From Dehalobacter sp. 12DCB1 (GTDB lineage: Bacteria; Bacillota; Desulfitobacteriia; Desulfitobacteriales; Syntrophobotulaceae), in assembly GCF_004343605.1 (NCBI RefSeq), contig NZ_POSF01000015.1, forward strand, positions 107,535 to 131,534: a stretch of 24,000 nucleotides of DNA, given 5' to 3'. Position 1 is the first letter of the stretch; every line of letters begins with the position of its first letter. Under the pieces are notes generated by a model. It did no database searches, had not been told where the DNA came from, and was given only the letters and a program-made list of their open reading frames with translations. A program made the translations under genes and the position numbers. This document shows, piece after piece, positions 1 through 9,175 of this stretch.

Positions 1-81
1 GTGCACCTCAAGAACCATGACTGTGTATCCGGCTGCCGGTTTTGTCCTCCGCACCTGACGTTGGAAGTATTGATTCACTTA

Positions 82-480
82 CTATCTGGGAGGAATAAAT
101 AGTCTTTCACCGGGATAGATAAGATCGGGATTGCCTAGATGGTTATACCCAGCAAGTTCACGCCAATCCAGTCCATACCTCTGCGCAATTTTGTAAACGG
201 TGTCCCCTTTTTGAACGACATAAACTTCCGGCAGCGGCTTATGAACCTCCATGTGCTCATAATAAGGTGTACAACCGCATGGATCGCAGGTATACCCTGC
301 CTGCGTCTGCTCCGCATACATGCCTTCAGGACCCATCTGTTCATACTGAGACATCATTTCCGGCTGATTCATCATGCCCATCATATCTGGCTGGTTCATC
401 ATACCGGTCATATCAGGCTGATTCATCATATTTACAGCCGGCGGCTGATTCATATAGCCGGATTTTCTTCCGAAGTACAT
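82..480 (-). CDS. LysM domain protein with Met/Gln/Pro-rich N-terminal repeats
   Basis: ORF track 82..486. The C-terminal VYVVQKGDTVYKIAQRYGLDWRELAGYNHLGNPDLIYPGERLFIP is a classic LysM motif. The N-terminus carries MMNQP(D/E)M repeats. AAGGAGG lies 7 nt before the second in-frame ATG (480) and only 1 nt before the first (486), so 480 is preferred. Confidence 0.8.
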   Translation of the reverse strand: MYFGRKSGYMNQPPAVNMMNQPDMTGMMNQPDMMGMMNQPEMMSQYEQMGPEGMYAEQTQAGYTCDPCGCTPYYEHMEVHKPLPEVYVVQKGDTVYKIAQRYGLDWRELAGYNHLGNPDLIYPGERLFIPPR

Positions 481-570
481 CTCCATACCTCCTTTTTGTT
501 ATAGGATATGGAGAAACACTGCTAAAGTGTCTGTACATGGTAATAATTGTCTGATTATTTTTCCGTGGTA

Positions 571-1485
571 CTAATCCATTTCCGCCAGATACTTTTCAAC
601 CTGAACGGCCGCAAGCGCTCCGTCCCCGACTGCGGTTGCAACTTGCCTCAAAGGGGTATTGCGGATATCTCCAGCCGCATAGACCCCTTGCTTATTTGTT
701 TTCAGCAAAGCATCTGTGATAATATACCCATATTGATCGACTTCGAAGTATTCTGATGTAAACTTGGTATTTGGTTCAGTGCCGATGTAAATGAATACAC
801 CGTCAACCTCAATTTCTTCCACAGCGTCTGAACCGACATCTTTAAGAATGATTTTCTGTACTTTATCATTCCCAGCGATCTCCTGAACAACACTGTCCAG
901 GACAAACTTAACTTTCGGGTTTTCTTCCGCCCTCTGGACTGCGATCTGCGAAGCTCTGAATTCTTTCCGGCGATGAACGATATAGACTTCCGAAGCAAAC
1001 TTTGTCAGGTAGGCGCCTTCCTCAAGCGCGGCATTTCCACCACCGATGACGGCGACTTTCTTTCCCTTATAGAACGCCCCGTCGCAAGTGGCGCAATACG
1101 ATACGCCGCGTCCGTGAAAACTGTCTTCTCCTGCTACACCTAAAGAACGCGGCTTGGATCCGGCAGCAATGATCACCGCTTTTGCTTCCAGGGTCCGCTG
1201 TCCGGTCACAACCGTTTTCACTTCTTTCTGAAGATCCAAATGCAAAACCGGTTCGAAAATGAATTCAGCGCCCTGATTCAAGGCCTGTTTATAAAATGCA
1301 TTCATCAAATCGAAGCCGGTAATCCCTTCTGGAAATCCCGGATAATTTTCAATTTTTTCTGTCGCCGCTGCCTGCCCGCCCGGCATCATAGATTCGACAA
1401 CGACTGTTTTTAATCCGCCCCTTGCCGCATAAATGGCCGCCGTAAGCCCTGCAGGGCCTCCTCCGACAATAATCAGATCATACAT
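571..1485 (-). CDS. trxB: thioredoxin-disulfide reductase
   Basis: GGGPAG FAD-binding motif, redox-active CATCDG and a GGGNAA NAD(P)H motif. Start placed at [10 protein letters not shown] (ATG 1485, AAGGA upstream). The ORF-track start at 1521 is an alternative. Confidence 0.9.
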   Translation of the reverse strand: MYDLIIVGGGPAGLTAAIYAARGGLKTVVVESMMPGGQAAATEKIENYPGFPEGITGFDLMNAFYKQALNQGAEFIFEPVLHLDLQKEVKTVVTGQRTLEAKAVIIAAGSKPRSLGVAGEDSFHGRGVSYCATCDGAFYKGKKVAVIGGGNAALEEGAYLTKFASEVYIVHRRKEFRASQIAVQRAEENPKVKFVLDSVVQEIAGNDKVQKIILKDVGSDAVEEIEVDGVFIYIGTEPNTKFTSEYFEVDQYGYIITDALLKTNKQGVYAAGDIRNTPLRQVATAVGDGALAAVQVEKYLAEMD

Positions 1486-1681
1486 TACTACACCAATCCT
1501 TTGTTTTATTCTCAGGCTCATTTCTACTTTATAAAAAGTATAGCTCAGAAATTTATTTTCAGGAAGCCAATAAGATGAATTTTATGATAAACTATGAATA
1601 TATTGCCAACAATAAAAAATAAATACCCAGAAGTTTACATATATTTCAGTGATTTGAACAATTTAATTCATGGAGGGAAAT

Positions 1682-4528
1682 ATGCGCGGGAAATCTATTT
1701 TTAAACCTGTTCTCAAGATTCTTGTTTTACTCATCATTATTCTTGCTGTTCTTTCAGCCTTGAGCGGATTCTACGAAGACTGGCTGTGGTTTACCGACTT
1801 AGGGTACGCAAGTCTTTTCTGGACGCCGTTCTTCAGCAAAGTACTTATTCAGGCCATCAACGGAACGATGTTGTTTTTAGTGATTTTCGCAACACTGATG
1901 TCGGGTAGACATGCGTTTACTACGTTTTACAACGAAAGATTCCGCAAAAGGATCAGACTGGTCGAAGAAGTCAATCTTCCGCCTGCTGTCAGTCCGCGCA
2001 GGGTTACCATTTCCCTGCTTGTCTTATCTGCCGTGGTCAGTATTGTTGTGAGTTTCATCGTCGGTTTTACCGGCTGGCTTGATTTTCTGTCCTTTGTGAA
2101 TGCCTCTTCCTTTCATTATTCCGATCCGCTGTTTAATCAAGATCTTGGTTTCTTTGTGTTTAAACTTCCTTTCTTTGAGACCATTTATAACGCATTTTTC
2201 TCCCCAATCCTTATTTTAACCCTGTTTACTGCGCTTTTTTATATTATGACCGGGGTCGTCCGCTTCCATTCCATCCGGTTTTGGAAGAAAGATGCTGTTG
2301 TGATCAGTCCTACGGCCAGAAGACACCTCGGAGTTCTTTTAACCATTCTTTTTGCGCTGAAAGGCTTTGGCTACTATATCAGCGCCTATGAAATCGTTTA
2401 CTCGCATAGAGGCCACGTCGTCGGCGCCGGATACAGCGACATTTACGCTTCGCTTCCGGTCTTTAAAATCCTAGTCGTTGTGAGCCTGGTCTGTTTCGTG
2501 TTCTCCTTTATCGCTTTTTTCCGAAAAGATTCCCGTTTGTTGACCGTGCCGGTCTCGTTTTTGATTGTCTTTTCGTTTTTCACTTCCGGTATCTTTCCTA
2601 CCATGCTCCAGTCCCTGGTTGTCGTTCCGAACGAGCTGCAAAAAGAAGCACCGTATATTGCCAGCGAAATCCAAATGACCCGCTACGCCTACGGTCTGGA
2701 TAAAATCAAGGAACAGGATTACACCGGGGTTGAGACGGTTACTGCACAAGACTTAAAAAACGAAGTCGGAACGCTGAATAATATCCGCCTGAATGATCCC
2801 CGCCCCATGCAGCAGATCTACACGCAAAAACAAGGGATACGCCAATACTACAAATTTAATGATATTGATGTTGACCGCTATAAGATTGGTGATACGTATC
2901 GCCAGGTTATGCTCTCGGCGAGGGAAATTTCGCTTCAGGACCTTGATCCGAAAGCCTTAACCTTTGTTAACACCCGGTTTAAATACACGCATGGTTTCGG
3001 CTTAACTGCTTCGTTCGCTAATACTGTCACCACCAAAGGGCTTCCTGCTTTTGCCGTAAGCAATGTGCCGCCGCAAACAGACTATGCAGAATTGAAGATT
3101 ACCGAACCGCGAATCTACTTTGGCGAACTGACGAATGACTGGGTCGTCGTCAACACCAATTCCAAAGAATTTGATTATCCCCTAGGCAATGACTTTGCGA
3201 AGAACAGCTATGCCGGCAAGACAGGTATCCCGTTTACTGCCTTTAATAAACTGATGCTGTCTCTTCATCAGATGACCCCGCGTTTTTATCTAGCCGGAGA
3301 AGTAACTTCGGAAAGCAAGCTTCTTCTGTACCGGAATGTTCTGGAGCGGGCCAAGAAATTGGCGCCGTTTCTGACCTATGACGATGATCCTTATGCTGTG
3401 ATTGACAACGGCAAGATCAAATGGATCATTGACGCCTATACGACAACGAACAGCATTCCTTACTCCAGCAAATACTCCACCCAGGATTTTAATTATATCC
3501 GCAATTCCGTTAAAGTCGTTGTCGATGCTTACGACGGGACCGTTGATTTCTACGCGGTCGACAAAGAAGATCCTATTCTTCAGACTTATCAAAGGATTTT
3601 CCCGGGTGTATTTAAAAGCATTTCGGAAATGCCCTATTCCATAAAATCGCACCTGCGCTATCCGGAAACAATGTTCAAAATCCAGTGTGACATGCTGAAC
3701 ACGTTTCATATGACCAACACCACTGTATTTTATAATAAAGAAGATGCCTGGAACGTTGCCAAGGAAATTTACGGTTCATCAGAACAAAATGTGGAGCCCT
3801 ATTACGTAATCATGAAACTATATGGGGAAACAAATGAAGAATTTGTGCTGATGCAGCCCTTTACCCCGGCCTCAAGTTCTACGAACAGCCGGAATAATCT
3901 TGTCGCTTGGCTCGCCGCCAGGATGGACGGCGAGAATTACGGCAAACTCGTCTTATATAAAATGCCCAAAAATATGGAAATCGACGGTCCGTTCCAGGTT
4001 GAATCCAGAATCGATCAGGATCCCGAAATTTCCCAAGAGTTTGCGTTATGGAACCAAAAAGGATCGAGCGTTCTCAAAGGAAATCTCCTGGTATTGCCGA
4101 TTGGCGGTAATTTCCTGTTTGTAAAACCGATTTATCTGCAATCCACAACCAGCGGCAGTATTCCTGAGTTGAAACGTGTAGTTATCGTCTATGAAGATAA
4201 GATCGCGATGACCGAAACGCTCGAAGAAGGACTGAAAGAAATCTTTGGCCGTTATATCCCGTCTTTGGATACACTGCAGGATACACCTGTTGATAATGCA
4301 GAAAATCCTGATCAGACAAATGCAACAGGTGCCACGGAAACAGAGATGCAAAGTGTACTGGATCAGATTAAGCAGATTAGGGAAATGCTCGATGCCCTGG
4401 AAAATCAGCTCACAACCATTAATACCAATGGCCTTACTGTGGACAGCGGGTTGGATACCAGTCAGGAGCTTTCGACGGATGACAATGCCTCCGCCAGCTC
4501 TACTAAAGATACAGTTAAGGCACCGTGA
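1682..4528 (+). CDS. UPF0182 family large integral membrane protein (function unknown)
   Basis: ~950-aa ORF with several N-terminal TM helices, including a YEDWLWFTDLGY-type signature, followed by a large soluble domain. This matches my recollection of the UPF0182 family. GGAGGG lies 5 nt upstream of ATG 1682; the track start at 1670 overlaps that RBS. Confidence 0.75.
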   Translation: MRGKSIFKPVLKILVLLIIILAVLSALSGFYEDWLWFTDLGYASLFWTPFFSKVLIQAINGTMLFLVIFATLMSGRHAFTTFYNERFRKRIRLVEEVNLPPAVSPRRVTISLLVLSAVVSIVVSFIVGFTGWLDFLSFVNASSFHYSDPLFNQDLGFFVFKLPFFETIYNAFFSPILILTLFTALFYIMTGVVRFHSIRFWKKDAVVISPTARRHLGVLLTILFALKGFGYYISAYEIVYSHRGHVVGAGYSDIYASLPVFKILVVVSLVCFVFSFIAFFRKDSRLLTVPVSFLIVFSFFTSGIFPTMLQSLVVVPNELQKEAPYIASEIQMTRYAYGLDKIKEQDYTGVETVTAQDLKNEVGTLNNIRLNDPRPMQQIYTQKQGIRQYYKFNDIDVDRYKIGDTYRQVMLSAREISLQDLDPKALTFVNTRFKYTHGFGLTASFANTVTTKGLPAFAVSNVPPQTDYAELKITEPRIYFGELTNDWVVVNTNSKEFDYPLGNDFAKNSYAGKTGIPFTAFNKLMLSLHQMTPRFYLAGEVTSESKLLLYRNVLERAKKLAPFLTYDDDPYAVIDNGKIKWIIDAYTTTNSIPYSSKYSTQDFNYIRNSVKVVVDAYDGTVDFYAVDKEDPILQTYQRIFPGVFKSISEMPYSIKSHLRYPETMFKIQCDMLNTFHMTNTTVFYNKEDAWNVAKEIYGSSEQNVEPYYVIMKLYGETNEEFVLMQPFTPASSSTNSRNNLVAWLAARMDGENYGKLVLYKMPKNMEIDGPFQVESRIDQDPEISQEFALWNQKGSSVLKGNLLVLPIGGNFLFVKPIYLQSTTSGSIPELKRVVIVYEDKIAMTETLEEGLKEIFGRYIPSLDTLQDTPVDNAENPDQTNATGATETEMQSVLDQIKQIREMLDALENQLTTINTNGLTVDSGLDTSQELSTDDNASASSTKDTVKAP

Positions 4529-4573
4529 ACACCGACCAATCATTCGGTACATCCACTTTGAAAGGTAGTGTGC

Positions 4574-5818
4574 ATGATATTCAATCTGAACCAATGGCTA
4601 ATTTTCAAAGGAATTGAAAAAACAGCTGCAATCCTGATCGCGAATGCCGTAACGGTGGTTATAATTCTGCTGATCAGTATTTTGGCTTTTATCGTCACAA
4701 AGCAAGTGCTCTTGCGAATCCTTGCTTTCTACATCCATCGAAACAAAATAAGCTGGGATGACAAGCTTCTTGATCGAAAAGTCTTCAGACGCCTGGCGCA
4801 TATGATCCCGGCAATTGTGATCTACGCCGCAGCCGGACTGTTCCCGGAATATTCCGTTGCCATCCAAAAAATAGCCATTATTTACATTATTGTGGTCGGC
4901 ACATTGGTCATGCTTGCTTTGCTTGACGCGATTGACGATATTTATCATACTTTTGAAGCTTCCAGGTTTAAACCAATCCGTAGCATCATCCAGGCCCTGA
5001 AAATAGTCATCTGGATCATCGGCGGTATCTGGATGATTGCTACGATGATTGACCGTTCCCCTCTCCTTCTATTAAGCGGAATTGGAGCAGTAACGGCAAT
5101 CATCCTGTTGATCTTCAAGGATTCTCTTCTGGGTCTGGTGGCCGGGATCCAGCTGTCTTCCAATGATATGCTCAGGATCGGCGACTGGATAGAAATGCCC
5201 AAGTACGGTGCTGACGGCGACGTTACGGACATTTCCCTGCACACCGTTAAAGTCAGAAACTTTGATAATACGATTACGACGGTTCCGACGTATGTCCTGA
5301 TCTCCGATTCCTTTAAGAACTGGCGAGGTATGCAGGAATCCGGCGGCAGAAGAATTAAGAGGTCCATTTTTATTGACAGTTCGAGTATCCGTTTCTGCAG
5401 CGAAGAAATGTTGGAAAAGTTCAGCAAGTTCCGCAATATTTCCGATTATATTGATAAAAAAAGAGAAGAACTTGCCAAACATAACCTGGACTATGACCTG
5501 GATCCTATTATGGATTCTGCTCAATCCGTAAATGCCAGAAGGCTGACGAATATTGGAACATTCCGTGCTTATCTGCAGGCCTACCTTAAAAACCATCCTG
5601 AAATACACCCTGAAATGGCCAGGATAGCGCGCCAGCTGCCATTGACCGAACATGGTATTCCGATTGAAATTTATGCGTATACCAAGGATACTTCCTGGGA
5701 AAGCTATGAAGCTGTCCAGGCCGATATTTTTGACCATATCCTGGCTATTGTCCCGGAATTTGAGCTGCGGGTTTATCAAAGCCCCACCGGATACGATCTG
5801 CGGCATATGGGGCTGTGA
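4574..5818 (+). CDS. mechanosensitive ion channel family protein (MscS-like)
   Basis: N-terminal TM helices, then the MscS beta-domain signature IFKDSLLGLVAGIQLSSNDMLRIGDWIEMPKYGADGDVTDISLHTVKVRNFDNTITTVPTYVL. GAAAGG precedes ATG 4574; GTG 4568 is an alternative start. Confidence 0.85.
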   Translation: MIFNLNQWLIFKGIEKTAAILIANAVTVVIILLISILAFIVTKQVLLRILAFYIHRNKISWDDKLLDRKVFRRLAHMIPAIVIYAAAGLFPEYSVAIQKIAIIYIIVVGTLVMLALLDAIDDIYHTFEASRFKPIRSIIQALKIVIWIIGGIWMIATMIDRSPLLLLSGIGAVTAIILLIFKDSLLGLVAGIQLSSNDMLRIGDWIEMPKYGADGDVTDISLHTVKVRNFDNTITTVPTYVLISDSFKNWRGMQESGGRRIKRSIFIDSSSIRFCSEEMLEKFSKFRNISDYIDKKREELAKHNLDYDLDPIMDSAQSVNARRLTNIGTFRAYLQAYLKNHPEIHPEMARIARQLPLTEHGIPIEIYAYTKDTSWESYEAVQADIFDHILAIVPEFELRVYQSPTGYDLRHMGL

Positions 5819-5830
5819 TCTTTCTGCAAT

Positions 5831-6235
5831 TTATTTGTTCAATAACCATAAGAACCATACGGCATGGTTTTGCTCGTCGGAGGCTGCTCTTTTGAATTGT
5901 TCCTTAATAAATAAGTCTCGAGTCTTTTCAGCCACATCCAAATAAAAATCAACCGTCTCCTGCTCATCCTTAAAAGAGGACTTCAAACCTTCCCTGTAAG
6001 TGGCAGGACATTTCTCCGTAATCTGAGGGTTTGGGTTTACCCCTGTGATTTCAGTAAATATCTGCGAGAATATGTGATAATGGCGCACTTCATCCTGGCG
6101 GATCTCCATGATCCGCTTTTTTTCTTCGTGATTCGGCGCTTTTTCAGCCAGCTTTGCATAACAGGCGATCGCACTATACTCTCCGTTGATTGCCCTAACT
6201 AAGTCCTGAGTTAATGAGCTTGTACCCGGAACCAT
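5831..6235 (-). CDS. ferritin-like (rubrerythrin-fold) domain protein
   Basis: 134-aa ORF with paired E...E..H style helices (EIRQDEVRHY, ASDEQNHAVW) typical of ferritin-like di-iron four-helix bundles. GGAGG RBS before the ATG. Confidence 0.6.
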   Translation of the reverse strand: MVPGTSSLTQDLVRAINGEYSAIACYAKLAEKAPNHEEKKRIMEIRQDEVRHYHIFSQIFTEITGVNPNPQITEKCPATYREGLKSSFKDEQETVDFYLDVAEKTRDLFIKEQFKRAASDEQNHAVWFLWLLNK

Positions 6236-6323
6236 ATAAGATACCTCCCCAACATTAATTGTTGGTTTATTCTATCTTATTAATTCACGGATTGTGCCTG
6301 GCTATTTAAAATTAACATGGTTC

Positions 6324-7394
6324 TCATACCTTCCTCCAGTAATAAACAGACTTTTCGTTTCCCGGCAAAAGTTCCAGGTACAAATCACCCATTGGGGCCA
6401 AGACGATAACTGCATTGGATCTTGTAGCAGAACCATCCGGTAATTTTAGCGATTGATGTTTGCCGTTCGCTGAAATGACGTCCAGGCGTCCCTTGCTTTT
6501 GATCATGATCTGATTCGTACTACTGATCTTTGTTTCTATCTCTGTATACGGAATCTCCCCTTGCCAGATCACAGTTCCCGTCATCGCCGGGCCGGATGTC
6601 TGTTCTTGATAAACGGTCACCTCGCGAAGGATGTTCCCGCTGATTTTGCCAATATAGATTTTGTCGTCACGGCAGCCAAGTAGTATATCTTCAGGATCAA
6701 CAGAAATACGATTCTTACTGCCGGCCTGATAAATATCAATCGCTTTGTTCGTCTCCATTCTGCTCTCTACATAGATGCTGCCGAATTTATTGGAAACCGC
6801 GATGTATAGGATTTCCTCTCCCTGCTGATTCACTCTGTTCAAGGTCTTCATGATATCCATTGTAATCAGCTGACGGGTTTGATTGTCATCCTGAAACAAG
6901 ATCAATAGATTATTCGTATAGGTCGACATTTCAATTTGCAGCACCTGATTGACCGCAAGGCTTAATTCTCTGTCCATCATCGGTTCAAAGCTGTTCAATT
7001 CAGAAGAGCCAGTGCTGAAATCCACTGAATACAAGCTTGTTATGGCGTTCTTGTTCTGCTCCCTGATCAGATAAACCATACTGTTCCGGTCCGGAAGCCA
7101 AGCGAAGCCGACAATCTTTGCTGCGTCCTTTTCCGGGCACTTTGAGAAGATCTTCTTATTCGTCGTCAAATCAATAACTTCAAGATAACGTCCCGATCGA
7201 TAGGCCAATAACTTTTTATTGTAAGACAACACAAAACCATCAGCCTGACTGAGATCCGTTTTCAGAACATAAGCCTGATTGATATGCAAAGAAGGGTTTA
7301 ACAGCTGTTCTGCTTGCCAATTCAGCAGGGCATAAACTGCAAGTTGTAATACCAGGGAAAGCAATAACAACCAGATCATCCATCGTCTTTTCAA
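6324..7394 (-). CDS. hypothetical membrane-anchored protein (beta-rich ectodomain)
   Basis: 356-aa ORF with an N-terminal signal/anchor helix (RRWMIWLLLLSLVLQLAVYALL). No family recognised. The TTG start at 7394 has GGTGGGG 5 nt upstream and overlaps the upstream stop (TTGA). Confidence 0.6.
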   Translation of the reverse strand: MKRRWMIWLLLLSLVLQLAVYALLNWQAEQLLNPSLHINQAYVLKTDLSQADGFVLSYNKKLLAYRSGRYLEVIDLTTNKKIFSKCPEKDAAKIVGFAWLPDRNSMVYLIREQNKNAITSLYSVDFSTGSSELNSFEPMMDRELSLAVNQVLQIEMSTYTNNLLILFQDDNQTRQLITMDIMKTLNRVNQQGEEILYIAVSNKFGSIYVESRMETNKAIDIYQAGSKNRISVDPEDILLGCRDDKIYIGKISGNILREVTVYQEQTSGPAMTGTVIWQGEIPYTEIETKISSTNQIMIKSKGRLDVISANGKHQSLKLPDGSATRSNAVIVLAPMGDLYLELLPGNEKSVYYWRKV

Positions 7395-8392
7395 TTTTGC
7401 CCCACCCCACTAAGGTTCTTTCCTGGCATCACAACAAAAGCCGTAGGCATATAGCGTTCTCCGTAGATGTTCCACAGTTTATTGATAATCCGACCTTGAT
7501 AGAACAATTCTGTTGAAGAACCGCCGTCAAGATTTGCTGCATTTTCGGCTCCATATTCAATAAATATATTCATTAGATCCCGCAGCGTTGCCCCCATACT
7601 CCAGTCAGGCTGTCTGCCGTCGATCACAACGAAAATAACCGTACCATCAGCTTTTTGCCCAATTCCCGTCCTGGGAGCGAATCCCCAACCTCCGTCGCCT
7701 TTAATCTGTGGTTCTCCATTCAGGATAAGGTTTGGCTCAAAGCTGACCGCATGCTGGATCCCAAGGTCCCTAATAAGCCCGGCGGAGAGTTCCCTTGCAG
7801 AGACTGTCCTGAGCATCAGTTTTCCTTCCTTGTTAAAACCGATCAGATTCGTACTTTTAGCCGCGTCCAGGTTTTCATGAATGAGCTGCCCGTCCCTGAC
7901 AGTGATCCCATCCGGATAAGCGCCATTTCCCTGCGAATTCGGATCATAAAAACCACCGGCATTAATACCGGCTATTGCACCTTCTGCAATGACCAGTTCC
8001 GATAAGCGCTGACCGGCTACGCCAAGCTCTTTCGTAACAGCAATTTCGATCTGAAGAGGGTCACGCACAAGCATGACAATTCCTTTAAAGTATTTACCTT
8101 CAATATTTTCTATCCTGATGCCGTTTTCCTCATCAGTAATCTTATGGTCAATATGCTGAATGACAGGCTCTACGGTAACTGATGTATTTCCGTATTTCTG
8201 AGTGATTTCAGCAATTTTTTGTTCCGATAAAAAAAAATCCGCTACCTGGGGATGGCGGGACGTCAGAATCGTTCCGACCGTAACATACGTCAATGAATGA
8301 AAAGGACCGTAAAAGACAATGAAAGGCCCTAAGAGGATGAACAACAGAACATTCCCAACGATGAATCGTATCAGAAATTGTTTTTTCGTCAT
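7391..8392 (-). CDS. phosphodiester glycosidase (NAGPA/DUF2233) family protein, N-terminal TM anchor
   Basis: AGINAGGF ... VIDGRQPDWSMGATLRDLMNIFIEYGAENAANLDGGSSTELF matches the phosphodiester glycosidase domain signature. ATG 8392 overlaps the stop of the upstream ANTAR gene (TGATG), with GGAG 6 nt upstream. Track start is 8404 (GTG). Confidence 0.75.
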   Translation of the reverse strand: MTKKQFLIRFIVGNVLLFILLGPFIVFYGPFHSLTYVTVGTILTSRHPQVADFFLSEQKIAEITQKYGNTSVTVEPVIQHIDHKITDEENGIRIENIEGKYFKGIVMLVRDPLQIEIAVTKELGVAGQRLSELVIAEGAIAGINAGGFYDPNSQGNGAYPDGITVRDGQLIHENLDAAKSTNLIGFNKEGKLMLRTVSARELSAGLIRDLGIQHAVSFEPNLILNGEPQIKGDGGWGFAPRTGIGQKADGTVIFVVIDGRQPDWSMGATLRDLMNIFIEYGAENAANLDGGSSTELFYQGRIINKLWNIYGERYMPTAFVVMPGKNLSGVGQN

Positions 8393-8958
8393 CAAGGTCT
8401 CCACGTTCCTTTTACGACTTCGGCAGCTATTGCCCGAATTGTTTTTCTTGAGGTCATCGCTTCTGTTCGAATCGATGTATAGGCCGTTTCTTCATCCATC
8501 CCGGCTGTAATCAGGATTAAAATCGCCTGATACACCAGTTTTCTTGTTTTAAGCTCATCATTCAATTTATTCATTTCTTTACGCTGTTCTATTTCCCTAT
8601 TAAACCGATGTTCCGCTTGGGCAATCCCGGAGACAACATCTATCGCTCTGAGCGGAGCCGTCATGATATGGTGGACGTTGGTTTTCAGCGCAAAATCCAG
8701 GTTCACATAATCCTTTTGATCAAGCACGAATATAACCGGACAAATATTGGCATGAACGAGATTCTGAACTAGATCAAGCGGCGAAATCCCATGAATATCC
8801 CCTCCGCAGATGATCAGGTCAGGCTCAACCCGCTGCGCCATGCGCAGAGCCTCTATACCACTGTCAGTCCTCGCGATCGCCTGATAATTGGCCAAAGGCA
8901 GGACGGCATTCAATTCATTGATTTGTTTTTCCTGGCTAATCAGTATAGCTCTTTTCAT
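8392..8958 (-). CDS. ANTAR domain RNA-binding antiterminator with degenerate receiver domain
   Basis: The C-terminal LKTRKLVYQAILILITAGMDEETAYTSIRTEAMTSRKTIRAIAAEVV is ANTAR-like. The N-terminal ~120 aa has a CheY-like layout but lacks the acidic pair (ILISQEK) and the conserved Lys (TAPL). Confidence 0.75.
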   Translation of the reverse strand: MKRAILISQEKQINELNAVLPLANYQAIARTDSGIEALRMAQRVEPDLIICGGDIHGISPLDLVQNLVHANICPVIFVLDQKDYVNLDFALKTNVHHIMTAPLRAIDVVSGIAQAEHRFNREIEQRKEMNKLNDELKTRKLVYQAILILITAGMDEETAYTSIRTEAMTSRKTIRAIAAEVVKGTWRP

Positions 8959-9018
8959 TTAGTCCTTTTACTCCATCAAGAAATCGATCAGCAGTTCTAT
9001 TATACTATTTGGCAAGAC

Positions 9019-9074
9019 AAAAAAAATAAGTGCTTTCGTACCAAGAATTTTTTATTAAAAGGTACCAGACACTT
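9019..9074 (-). terminator. candidate rho-independent terminator after the 9176..9730 gene
   Basis: On the minus strand, AAGTGTCTGGTACC ... GGTACGAAAGCACTT (imperfect stem, large loop) is followed by a run of 8 T. Confidence 0.4.
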
Positions 9075-9105
9075 AATGATACTATATTTATCAGGTTTTA
9101 AGCAA

Positions 9106-9155
9106 TGATTTTTACTTACACTTGATTTTTACTTGCAATATGTTTTACTACTTAC
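9106..9155. repeat. three direct repeats TGATTTTTACTT(A/G)CA / TGTTTTACTACTTAC at 17-18 bp spacing
   Basis: Read directly: 9106-9120, 9123-9137, 9141-9155. Confidence 0.5.
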
Positions 9156-9175
9156 TGTTACATGATTTGATAAAG

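Noticed and set aside
1-102. Plus-strand frame 1 is open from the window edge to a stop at 100-102 (...HDCVSGCRFCPPH...). Alternatively, frame 3 stops at 16-18 and is followed by a CCGG-CTG-CCGG-TTTT mini-hairpin (29-45).
   Set aside because: Only 5-33 codons are visible, there is no recognisable motif, the hairpin has a 4-bp stem, and frame 1 would overlap the LysM gene's 3' end. Cannot be called from this window.
135-554. Three ORFs (135..344 minus, 139..504 plus, 267..554 plus) overlapping the LysM gene.
   Set aside because: They are shadow frames kept open by the repetitive Met/Gln/Pro-coding DNA. They have low-complexity His/Leu/Ser-rich translations, no RBS, and the LysM frame has clear domain support.
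4046-5806. Long antisense ORFs (4046..4594, 4598..4948, 4945..5436 and 5072..5806, all minus) opposite the UPF0182 3' end and the MscS gene.
   Set aside because: No RBS, no motifs, and atypical composition. The plus-strand genes have strong family signatures.
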